Source: a virus. From it: a stretch of 64,000 nucleotides of DNA. The notes beneath the pieces were generated by a model. It had not been told where the DNA came from and made no database searches. It was given only the letters and a program-made list of their open reading frames with translations. Each line of letters begins with the position of its first letter. Within the stretch, counting starts at the first letter, position 1. Position numbers and translations under genes: made by a program. Positions 37,890 to 45,927 of the stretch are shown here, in pieces. The DNA lies in the IMG/VR virus record IMGVR_UViG_2922055605_000002, positions 7,455 through 71,454 of that record; one strand, 5' to 3'.

Positions 37890-38279
37890 TTACCTCCCGA
37901 GAACGAAGTTGATGAGTTTTTGCAGGGGGCGCAGCGGGCGCTCCTCGTTGTATGCCGCCTCATCCTCAGGGGTGAACTGCAGCAGGCCGCGCTCAGGCAG
38001 GCCGGATCCGTCCAGAATTTCTTCGACTGTCACGGGCGGGTATCCCTGCTCGATGAGGCTCCGATTGGCCCGTTTGACGGCTCTCGCCAGGATCTGGGGT
38101 TCGTGCTGTGATATGGCTTTGAGCAGGATCAGCAGCGAGGTGCGAGCAAATGCGGTTTCGGTCATGCCACACTCGGCACCGACTTCTTGCCATACTCGAC
38201 GCTGAGCCGGGTTGCCGCGCACTCGCAGCGGGGAAAGGGTGCTCAGATTCTCGTGATCTGGCTGTGCAATTCGTCCCAT
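37890..38279 (-). CDS. CII-position regulator with ribbon-helix-helix-like N-terminus
   Basis: 129 aa, SD GAGGA; LRVRGNPAQRRVWQEVGAECGMTETAFART fits an RHH pattern; directly after cro. Confidence 0.55.
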   Translation of the reverse strand: MGRIAQPDHENLSTLSPLRVRGNPAQRRVWQEVGAECGMTETAFARTSLLILLKAISQHEPQILARAVKRANRSLIEQGYPPVTVEEILDGSGLPERGLLQFTPEDEAAYNEERPLRPLQKLINFVLGR

Positions 38280-38317
38280 CGGGTTGGTCCTCTATTGGTA
38301 ATGGTTCAGGCCGGTGG

Positions 38318-38524
38318 TCAGGCGGCCTGCTGGGTTTCCATCTGTTCCGGTCGGTAGTCTTCCAAACCGAAGTCCAGCCGCTCGCCGGATGCGAAGTGGA
38401 TGCGGGTAGCAAATTTCTCCGGGATAACCTCTGGCCATTCGGAAACAGTGCTCTTTGCTGCGCCAAGAGCGCGAGCCAGGGCGTTACTGCCGCCAAAGAA
38501 CTTAATGGCGTCTTCTTTTTTCAT
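38318..38524 (-). CDS. cro: Cro-like repressor
   Basis: 68 aa MKKEDAIKFFGGSNALARALGAAKSTVSEW; divergent from cI. Confidence 0.9.
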   Translation of the reverse strand: MKKEDAIKFFGGSNALARALGAAKSTVSEWPEVIPEKFATRIHFASGERLDFGLEDYRPEQMETQQAA

Positions 38525-38564
38525 TGGTCGGGGTCCTTTTATGGTTACTGACAGTTCAGCCCCC

Positions 38565-38593
38565 ATTTTGGTTCGGTTAACCGAACAAGTCAA
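38565..38593 (-). promoter_or_regulatory. pR promoter with operator
   Basis: TTGACT-N17-CAAAAT; the perfect palindrome GTTCGGTTAACCGAAC (38571-38586) fills the spacer. Confidence 0.75.
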
Positions 38594-38660
38594 CCATCGG
38601 CATAGCGCACATGAAATAAGCCAAAATGGGGGAGTGTTTTTTTATACGAACGAGATCGAC

Positions 38661-39275
38661 ATGACCTCTTTTAGAGACCGACTGGAATACATGCTCAAGG
38701 AACGGGGCTGGAAGCAGGCTGACCTTGTGCGCAAGTCCGGGGTAAGCAAGGCCGTTATCTCAGTTCTCCTATCTGACCCGGTCAAGGATTTGCGGGTAAG
38801 CAGCTTGCTCTCTATCGCCAAGGCTCTTGGTTGTGATCCGCTGTGGCTCTACACCGGCAAGGAAAGCGGCACGTATGTCACAGATACGAACCTCGGCAAG
38901 GTGCCTGTATGGGAAATGCCTGAGCTTGGGAATCACCCAACGGATGCTCTATCTACTCTTGATAGCGGCCGCCATATATTCAGCGATTCAGACGGCCAGT
39001 TGATCGGTGTTATCGCCAGTGACGACAACCTTGCCGGCTCTGGGATCAAGAGTGGTGACATCTGCGTCATTGACCTGTCATCACGTATACCTCGCCATGG
39101 AGACATCGTGCTTGTGCGGCTGAACAGCAGCAAGCAAGAGCGCCTCCTAAAGGCACTTGATGGTCTTTCTGGTATCACCCTGGTAACGGATGATCAGCGA
39201 CTAGGCGTTGTGCCAATGCAAGAGGCGATCGTTCATGGAACGATGGTTGAGCTACGGCGTGATGTAAAAGAATAA
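38661..39275 (+). CDS. cI: CI-like repressor (HTH plus degenerate S24 domain)
   Basis: 204 aa MTSFRDRL..QADLVRKSGVSKAVIS HTH; C-terminal GIKSGDICVID..HGDIVLV S24 fold. Confidence 0.9.
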   Translation: MTSFRDRLEYMLKERGWKQADLVRKSGVSKAVISVLLSDPVKDLRVSSLLSIAKALGCDPLWLYTGKESGTYVTDTNLGKVPVWEMPELGNHPTDALSTLDSGRHIFSDSDGQLIGVIASDDNLAGSGIKSGDICVIDLSSRIPRHGDIVLVRLNSSKQERLLKALDGLSGITLVTDDQRLGVVPMQEAIVHGTMVELRRDVKE

Positions 39276-39291
39276 CCGTACCCACTCTTGC

Positions 39292-39318
39292 CAAGCCCGC
39301 GCTCAGCGGGCTTTTTTG
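39292..39318 (+). terminator. cI terminator
   Basis: AAGCCCGC-GCTCA-GCGGGCTT followed by TTTT. Confidence 0.85.
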
Positions 39319-39358
39319 TGCCCACAGTTCAGGGGCAACAGTACCAACCTTAAAAAAA

Positions 39359-39411
39359 GTTCGTTAAACCGAACATTTTTTATTGACGAAGGTGTTCGTC
39401 AATATTAACCT
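39359..39411 (+). promoter_or_regulatory. pL promoter with operators
   Basis: GTTCGTTAAACCGAAC (39359-39374) matches the oR palindrome; TTGACG-N17-TAACCT overlaps the inverted repeat ATTGACGAA/TTCGTCAAT. Confidence 0.7.
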
Positions 39412-39552
39412 TTGCCTTGTTCGGTAAAGCAATCGAGTGACCAAGACCCGTAACAACAATGGGCAGAGTGGAAGGCGGCCAATCATGGTGAAGGTCTTGG
39501 GTAATGCCACACGAACGGTGAGAGCCCGGGCCGGAGACGTAACCGGCAACTT

Positions 39553-39627
39553 CGGAGATTCGGCAAGCGGTATGCCACCTCATTTGGGATGAGGGATTCA
39601 CAGGTTCGATCCCTGTATCTCCGACCA
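39553..39627 (+). tRNA. tRNA-Pro(UGG)
   Basis: Full cloverleaf: CGGAGAT/ATCTCCG acceptor, GGCA/TGCC D-stem, CCTCA-TTTGGGA-TGAGG anticodon arm, ACAGG-TTCGATC-CCTGT T-arm, A73 and encoded CCA; C1:G72 Pro identity. Confidence 0.95.
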
Positions 39628-39843
39628 ATTTAGACAACCAGCAATCAGGACCCAGCCCATACCAGGGCAAGCGCCTGACCAGCGCGTAAGAACGACAAAG
39701 CCCGCACAAGGCGGGCTTCGAAGGACCGGGGTACCACCCCCAATCAGAGAATGCCAGGGGACCAACCCCAGCAATCAGGACCCGACCAGCCAAAACCGGT
39801 GGGAATTAGCGAGGACCAACTCGCCAATAGGAGTAAATGTACC

Positions 39844-40089
39844 ATGACCAAGAGCATTTTTTCCAGAGCCGCAAATCGCGCCGACCAGATCATTGCAGCA
39901 ATCGCTGACCGACTGAACGGCAATGCCGCCCGACGCCGTGCCATCAAGCAGCGCCTCCACGTGGCCATGATGGCAACCGAGCAGCACCATATCGTTGCCG
40001 CCCGCGCCGCCCAGCTGCGCGCCACCGGATTCACCAAGCACAGCGCCCTCCTCCACTGGCGCGCCGATTTCCATCGCCACTCAGTCTGA
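39844..40089 (+). CDS. First gene of the pL operon; basic protein, possibly N-like
   Basis: 81 aa, SD AGGAG; Arg-rich GNAARRRAIKQR. Confidence 0.6.
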   Translation: MTKSIFSRAANRADQIIAAIADRLNGNAARRRAIKQRLHVAMMATEQHHIVAARAAQLRATGFTKHSALLHWRADFHRHSV

Positions 40090-40191
40090 TATCCCGGGTC
40101 TGGCGCTTCCCTGATAGCGCCGTAGCCAAAGCCTCTTTTTCAAGCACCGCAAGGATGCTTTGGCTTCGCTCACGCCAAATTCGGCTGAGCA

Positions 40192-40203
40192 CGCTCTTTA
40201 ACA
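40192..40203 (+). promoter_or_regulatory. boxA antitermination element
   Basis: CGCTCTTTAACA matches the consensus boxA, inside a 310-nt hairpin-rich intergenic region. Confidence 0.7.
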
Positions 40204-40400
40204 GTCTGGAACCGGCTCACAACCACGAATCCCGATGCCGGTAGGGATGCGCTGATAACCCGTCAATTCGGAATGCCGCGTGTGAATGTGAACGGATCCC
40301 GGCTTGCGAGCCGGTATCCCAAGGCGGCTCCGGTGGAGCTGGCAACAACATAGCGTCGAAGCTGTGGCCGCCTTCGGATAATCACCAGAGGACCAACCCC

Positions 40401-41810
40401 ATGAATGCACCAGCAAAAACCAAGATCGCCGAACAGGTGATTGAAGCCTTTATCCCTGTCGCTCCCTTCATGTATAGCGACATCCCGAGCGATGTTTACC
40501 ACGGTAGTGACGGCGAATCGAAAAGTAGCCTGGATCTGGCGCTGATCTCAGGCCAGCACTACCGCTACTACAAGATTGACGGCAACCAGCAGAAAGAAAC
40601 CACACCATTCCGTGAGGGCAAGATCCTGCACAAAATTGTGCTGGAGTTTAATGACTTCGAAACCGAATACGCCATTGAGCCGGTATGGCCTGAAGATGCC
40701 TTAGTCGGCGCTGACCAGATGAAGGCAGCCATCGAGGAGTACAACACCAGCCTCGAGAAGCGCCCTGAGCTGCAAGAACTGGCTGACGCCATTGAGGCAT
40801 ACAACGCCAAGCTTATCCCCCCTATCGAGCTGGGTACTACGGTAGGCGATGCCGAGGCGGCATATTGCCAACTCCCCGAGAGCTTCCAGACCATCGGCGA
40901 GGATGACAAGCGCACAGCTACCGCCCTCAAAGCGTGCGTCAAAGCCTACAACGACACCCTGACCAAGCCGCTCAAGAGTAAGGGAAGCTATCAGGCTGTG
41001 CTCGAGAACTACGCCAAGATTGGCGCCAAGGAGCTGGAGCGCGCCGAGCGCATTGCCACACTGCCGGATCCTCTCCCTCTAAGCGGCACCAAGGCTGAAA
41101 TGGCAGAGCGGATCCGCACCTTCAAGCCTGAAGCAAAATTTCTGGACGAGCTGAAAGAGCAGTTCCGTGAGCAGGCCGGTGACCGGGTGATCGTGACTAA
41201 TAACGAATACATCCACGCTCTGCGCTACCGCGAAGCGGTTCTGAATCACCCAGAAGCGGCCGTGCTACTGGATGAAGGCGAGGCGGAAGCGAGCATCTAC
41301 TGGCATCACCCCGAAACCGGCCAGCTTCTCAAGTGCCGACCGGACTGGAAGCGGCCGGATCATGTGCTGGTTGACCTGAAGTTTGTGCGAAACGCCAGCG
41401 AGGCAGCATTTGCGCGTGATGGTTCATCCCACAACTACCACATTCAGGACGCCCACTATACCGATGGTTATGAGGCCGTTACTGGTCACCCAGCAAGCTT
41501 CGTATTCATCGCTGTTGAGAAAGACGGCCCACTGGGTCACGACGTCTATAAGCCCATCATGGTTGGCGTCTACTTCTACAGCCAGGAAGACAGGCGACGC
41601 GCCCTCGAGTTACGCGATATGGCAGTACGCAACATCGTTACCTGGCGAGAACAGAACTACTACCCAGGCCACGACGGCATGGGGGAGATCACTGTGCCAC
41701 AGTACCAAGCTGCGGCCGAACGCCACCGGATAAACAACGAAGAGCCATTCACCCCTACTCTGGTCGGCAGCAAAGAGTCGGTTGAAGAGCTCCCTGAAAC
41801 CCTCTTCTAA
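40401..41810 (+). CDS. RecE/ExoVIII-like PD-(D/E)XK exonuclease
   Basis: 469 aa; SKSSLD..ISGQHY, EASIYW..LLKCRPDW..VDLK, YHIQDAHY. Confidence 0.85.
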   Translation: MNAPAKTKIAEQVIEAFIPVAPFMYSDIPSDVYHGSDGESKSSLDLALISGQHYRYYKIDGNQQKETTPFREGKILHKIVLEFNDFETEYAIEPVWPEDALVGADQMKAAIEEYNTSLEKRPELQELADAIEAYNAKLIPPIELGTTVGDAEAAYCQLPESFQTIGEDDKRTATALKACVKAYNDTLTKPLKSKGSYQAVLENYAKIGAKELERAERIATLPDPLPLSGTKAEMAERIRTFKPEAKFLDELKEQFREQAGDRVIVTNNEYIHALRYREAVLNHPEAAVLLDEGEAEASIYWHHPETGQLLKCRPDWKRPDHVLVDLKFVRNASEAAFARDGSSHNYHIQDAHYTDGYEAVTGHPASFVFIAVEKDGPLGHDVYKPIMVGVYFYSQEDRRRALELRDMAVRNIVTWREQNYYPGHDGMGEITVPQYQAAAERHRINNEEPFTPTLVGSKESVEELPETLF

Positions 41811-41821
41811 GGAACCTCAAT

Positions 41822-42883
41822 ATGCAAAATACCGTATCAACCCAGTCAGCCCCTGCTGTAGTGGCAAACGAGCGCGGCCAGGCCAGCATGCTGAGCCTGA
41901 TGATGAATATGGATTTCATGGCGAGCATCGACAAGATGGCAGCCATGATGGCCAGCGGCAAGACTACCGTGCCACAACATCTGCGCGGTAATCAGGCCGA
42001 CTGCTTTGCCATCTGTTTGCAAGCTGTGCAGTGGGGTATGAATCCCTTCCCGGTAGCGCAAAAGACCCACTTAGTAAATGGCACCCTTGGATATGAGGCC
42101 CAGTTGGTGAATGCCGTGGTCGTCAACTCTGGCGTCATCAAAGGACGCTTTGACTATGAGTTTTTTGGGCCGTGGGAACGTGTCATTGGCAAGTTCAAAG
42201 AGGTCCAGAGCAAGGATCCTGATAAAAAAGGCGCGGTTTACCGGGTACCAGACTGGAGCTTTGCTGATGAGAAGGGCTGCGGTGTAAAGGTAATTGCGAC
42301 GCTATCTAGCGGCCAAGTGCGTGAGGTTGTGTTGTTGCTGCAGCAGGCTCGCACGCGCAACTCGACGCTCTGGGCCGACGATCCGAAGCAGCAGCTGGCC
42401 TATCTCGGCGTCAAGCGCTGGGCTCGCCTCTACACCCCTGACGTGATCCTTGGTGTCTACTCAGTAGATGAACTGGAGGAGCGTGAAATCAACCCAGATT
42501 TCACATCGCCAGGGCCAGATAGTGGCAATAAGTCTGCTACAGAAAGCCTTGCTGCCAAGGCAGCAGCCAAGCGTGCCGAGCAGCAGGCAACCGTAGCAGC
42601 CAAAGGCAATGTCATTGATGGTGAGGCCGAACCTGTCGTTGAAACTATTCAGCAAGATCCAGTACCAGTACCGGAGGAAGCTATTGACCCAGATATAGCC
42701 GAACAGTTGGCCGATGCTCTTTTCAAACTGGATATATCTGAGTCGGCAGAGGAGCTGAAATTGTCTATCTCCGAGATTACCGCACTGGGTGGCAAGCTGA
42801 CCGATTTCCAGAAAGCAGAGGCATCTGCCGTCTACCGCAAAAACCTTGAACGACTTGGCTTGAATAAGAAGCGAGCCGCATAA
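41822..42883 (+). CDS. recT: RecT-family single-strand annealing protein
   Basis: 353 aa; VPQHLRGNQADCFAI..QAVQWGMNPF.VAQKTH, LW.DDP.QQLAY..KRWARLYTPDVILGVY. Confidence 0.9.
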   Translation: MQNTVSTQSAPAVVANERGQASMLSLMMNMDFMASIDKMAAMMASGKTTVPQHLRGNQADCFAICLQAVQWGMNPFPVAQKTHLVNGTLGYEAQLVNAVVVNSGVIKGRFDYEFFGPWERVIGKFKEVQSKDPDKKGAVYRVPDWSFADEKGCGVKVIATLSSGQVREVVLLLQQARTRNSTLWADDPKQQLAYLGVKRWARLYTPDVILGVYSVDELEEREINPDFTSPGPDSGNKSATESLAAKAAAKRAEQQATVAAKGNVIDGEAEPVVETIQQDPVPVPEEAIDPDIAEQLADALFKLDISESAEELKLSISEITALGGKLTDFQKAEASAVYRKNLERLGLNKKRAA

Positions 42884-42938
42884 AAGTAGCACCATGCCCC
42901 GCCGCCAACGGGGCTTTCTCAATCACAGAGGACCAACT

Positions 42939-43679
42939 ATGACCGACACTATCGACTTCACCCCGACCATCGACCCCAGCAATACCACCGTTCAAGCCAT
43001 GTTCGGGGCTGTACTCCAGCAGAAGATCCAGAGCGGAGCATTGGAGCAGGCGCTCAGCAAATACGCCGACAAGCTCATCGACGACTGCGCCCAGGATGTC
43101 CTGAGAAGCTATGGCGACGTTGGCAAAGCAGTAAAAGAGGCTTTGACCAAGGCCATCATGCCGAGCATCGACAGCATTGCCGACTTCCCCAGCTATCACG
43201 ACTTCGTAACCAAGCGCCTTCGCATGGCAGCATCTGAGTTCTATGACCAGCGATTGGCTGAGGTGCTGGACAAGGAAATCCGCGAAATCATGAGCGAGTT
43301 GCCGGAAGAAATCACCTTGTCATGGGTGATCGACGCGGTTCGCAAATCAATCACCGGTTATGGCGAAGGTGAGCACATGGACGAGGAGATGACGCTCATC
43401 ATCGAAGACTCATCCTATGGCTTTCGTCACATCTACATCGGTAAAGAAGCGGATATGGACAAATACCGCTGCGAATATCAGCTCAACCTCGATAAAGAGG
43501 GTTGCATTTACTCCATGAAAATCGACGAGGATGACGTTAAAGCCAAGAAGTGCGTTGGCCCATTCTACGGTGCTGAGCGCAAGCTGATGGCTGCCTACGC
43601 CATGAAGGCCAAGGTAAACCTGGATCAGGGGGAATACCCTCACAACTACGACCTCGTTATCGAGAGCTACAACGACTAA
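42939..43679 (+). CDS. Hypothetical phage protein
   Basis: Probable start MTDTIDF at 42939 with SD GAGGA, 246 aa. Confidence 0.7.
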   Translation: MTDTIDFTPTIDPSNTTVQAMFGAVLQQKIQSGALEQALSKYADKLIDDCAQDVLRSYGDVGKAVKEALTKAIMPSIDSIADFPSYHDFVTKRLRMAASEFYDQRLAEVLDKEIREIMSELPEEITLSWVIDAVRKSITGYGEGEHMDEEMTLIIEDSSYGFRHIYIGKEADMDKYRCEYQLNLDKEGCIYSMKIDEDDVKAKKCVGPFYGAERKLMAAYAMKAKVNLDQGEYPHNYDLVIESYND

Positions 43680-43733
43680 CCGACCAAAGCCCGGCACTTG
43701 CTGGGCTTTCGCTTTCCCAACAGGACCCGGACC

Positions 43734-44954
43734 ATGACCACCGAACTGAACCCCAGCGAGGCAACCAGCCTCGCCCTGAACACACTCACCAGCCAGATCC
43801 GCAACATCATCCTGATGCCGGACGGCCCGGCCAAGACCGCCATCGGCAGCTTCGAAACCCTGCTCACTGCCAACTTGACCATGATCAGTGAAGCCGCCAA
43901 CGCCCACATAGACGAGTTCAACGGGCTGATCGACCAACTGGAAGCCCGGGATGGCGAGCTGATTACCCAGGCCGCCCAGGTCAGCGACCTGCGCCAGCAG
44001 GTTGCAGAAGCAGAGCTGCGCATCGCGGCCGCACGGCAAGAGGGCGCCGCCGAGTTGGAGACCAAAGATGCCGAGCTCTACAAGCTGCAGCGCGCCCTGA
44101 ACGACGTCCAGACCAAGTACAGTGCCATGCAGTACACCTCCCGCCAGCTCGAACGCCAGTTGAGCGACCTCAACGCCATGGACCCGGCCGGCATGAAGCG
44201 CCGCATCAAGGAGAAGAACGAACTGCTGGAGGAGCAGCGCACGGCAATCGCCAAGCACAAGAGCAACGAGGCCGCCTACCGCGCGGAAGTGTTAAAGTTG
44301 GAGCGCCGTATCAGTGAGCTGCTGGGCGCCATCAACGAACAGGATCGCGAGCTGGAGCGCCGTCACACCGTCATCATGGAGCTGGAGAGCGCCCGCGCTG
44401 CCAAGCTGGTCTGGCACAAACACCTCGGCAACACCTACAAGGGTGAGGATGGCACGCTCTGGAACGTCTACCTGGTGGATCATGGCCTGAAATCCAACCT
44501 CCCCTACCTCATCAACGACCTCAACTGGAAGCTGCACGCAATGAAGTCCGATGGCTCAGGCTGCTCGGTCATGCTGAGCCAGTGGATGAATCCCATCTAC
44601 CCGACGCTCTATGGTGCTGGGGCACCGGACGATATGACCCAGGACATCTTCACCTTCATGCAGGAGGCCCTGGAGCAGAGCCACCCCCACCTGCAGCCGC
44701 GCACAGAATGGGCAAAGACGGTCAGCATCCACGAGTGCGGCCTGCCGCCGCGCACTATCAAGCCGCTGGAAGAGGCCGGAATCGACACCCTCTACAAAGT
44801 GATGAGCCACCAGGGGAACAAGTTGGATAAGGTCAAGGGGATTGGCGAGAAGCTGCTCGGCCAGATTGTCTACGCCTGCGAGCTCAAGGTGAAGCTGTGG
44901 GAGGAACAGTTCGTCGCCAGCCAGCAGCCTGAACAGCACAAGGAGGCGGCATGA
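43734..44954 (+). CDS. Coiled-coil protein with C-terminal RNA polymerase alpha-CTD-like HhH domain
   Basis: Probable start MTTELNP (406 aa); long heptad region, then SIHECGLPPRTIKPLEEAGIDTL..KVKGIGEKLLGQI. Confidence 0.65.
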   Translation: MTTELNPSEATSLALNTLTSQIRNIILMPDGPAKTAIGSFETLLTANLTMISEAANAHIDEFNGLIDQLEARDGELITQAAQVSDLRQQVAEAELRIAAARQEGAAELETKDAELYKLQRALNDVQTKYSAMQYTSRQLERQLSDLNAMDPAGMKRRIKEKNELLEEQRTAIAKHKSNEAAYRAEVLKLERRISELLGAINEQDRELERRHTVIMELESARAAKLVWHKHLGNTYKGEDGTLWNVYLVDHGLKSNLPYLINDLNWKLHAMKSDGSGCSVMLSQWMNPIYPTLYGAGAPDDMTQDIFTFMQEALEQSHPHLQPRTEWAKTVSIHECGLPPRTIKPLEEAGIDTLYKVMSHQGNKLDKVKGIGEKLLGQIVYACELKVKLWEEQFVASQQPEQHKEAA

Positions 44955-45091
44955 GCCTCTACCGCCACCGCGGCATGGTGCAAGACCGCAAGACGAAACC
45001 GCTACTCCAGCAACGCCAGCAAAAACGCGACGAGATAGAGCGCCGCCAGCTGGCCAGCCAACTCGGCATCGACCCCAAGGAGGTGCGCTGA
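44951..45091 (+). CDS. Small hypothetical protein
   Basis: Hand translation MSLYRHRG..DPKEVR* (46 aa), coupled on both sides. Confidence 0.55.
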   Translation: MSLYRHRGMVQDRKTKPLLQQRQQKRDEIERRQLASQLGIDPKEVR

Positions 45092-45669
45092 TGGCTGACT
45101 ACAGAGGTTCAACCACGCCGACTGATACCCGGGACATGACCCAAACTCCGCTTTACCTCTTCAGGGCTCTGGATCTGGAGTTCAACTTTGCCCTTGATGC
45201 CGCGGCTCTGCCGGAGACGGCCCTGTGCCAGAAGTACCTGACGCCGGACATCGACGCCCTGAGTGTGGACTGGGGCGACTTCATCAGCCCGTTGGTGCGA
45301 TCGCCGTGGGCCTGGCTGAACCCTCCCTACTCCAATATCGCCCCTTGGGTTAATAAAGCCATCGAGCAGCAGGGACTTGGCATCGGCACCGTAATGCTGG
45401 TACCCCAGGACACCAGCACCGCTTGGTATCCAGGCGAGCTGGCCAGCGAGGTGCGCCACATCACCGGTTACCGCGACGAGCGAGGCAAGTGGCATAACGG
45501 CAGGGTGAGCTTCATCAATAAGGCCACCGGCGAGGAAATGAAGGGAAACCCCAAGGGCAGCATGTTTCTCATCTTCGCCCCGGGCTGGCGTAGCGCATGC
45601 CGGATTCACGATGTCAGCATGCACTCCTTGCTGCTGGCCGGAGCAGAGCCCATCAGCGCTGCAGCCTGA
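45091..45669 (+). CDS. Phage N6-adenine (Dam-family) methyltransferase
   Basis: 192 aa; QTPLYLF..FALDAAA, WLNPPYS, MLVP.DTST.W, KGNPKGSM. Confidence 0.92.
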   Translation: MADYRGSTTPTDTRDMTQTPLYLFRALDLEFNFALDAAALPETALCQKYLTPDIDALSVDWGDFISPLVRSPWAWLNPPYSNIAPWVNKAIEQQGLGIGTVMLVPQDTSTAWYPGELASEVRHITGYRDERGKWHNGRVSFINKATGEEMKGNPKGSMFLIFAPGWRSACRIHDVSMHSLLLAGAEPISAAA

Positions 45670-45728
45670 TACCCCCAAACCATCCACCGCTGGCCACACA
45701 GATTTTGTGGATAACTCAGAGGTACCCC

Positions 45729-45908
45729 ATGAAAGCCACTGAAAACCCCTACTGCGGCGCAGTAGTCATCGGGTTGGGCGTCGTCATGCCCCATCCCAAG
45801 CAGCCCGGCAAGTTCGTCCTGCCCGGCGGTATCACCTGCGATCGGCAAACAGCCGAAGAGGCAGCCCGAAAACTTCACGACCTGCAGGCAAAGAAAGCCC
45901 GCATCTAA
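45729..45908 (+). CDS. DUF1317-like small protein
   Basis: 59 aa MKATENP..G.V..FVLPGG; a reverse DnaA box (45706-45714) lies just upstream of the SD. Confidence 0.6.
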   Translation: MKATENPYCGAVVIGLGVVMPHPKQPGKFVLPGGITCDRQTAEEAARKLHDLQAKKARI

Positions 45909-45927
45909 CCCACCAAAGGACCCGACC

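Noticed and set aside
38400-38660. N-terminal extensions in the ORF track for cI and several other genes
   Set aside because: They cross operators or upstream genes. Downstream starts with SD sequences or stop-start overlaps were used instead.
39691-39716. 26-bp near-identical repeat with 28151-28176 (AACGACAAAGCCCGCAC.AGGCGGGC)
   Set aside because: Best explained as a reused minus-strand terminator hairpin, not a recombination site or array.
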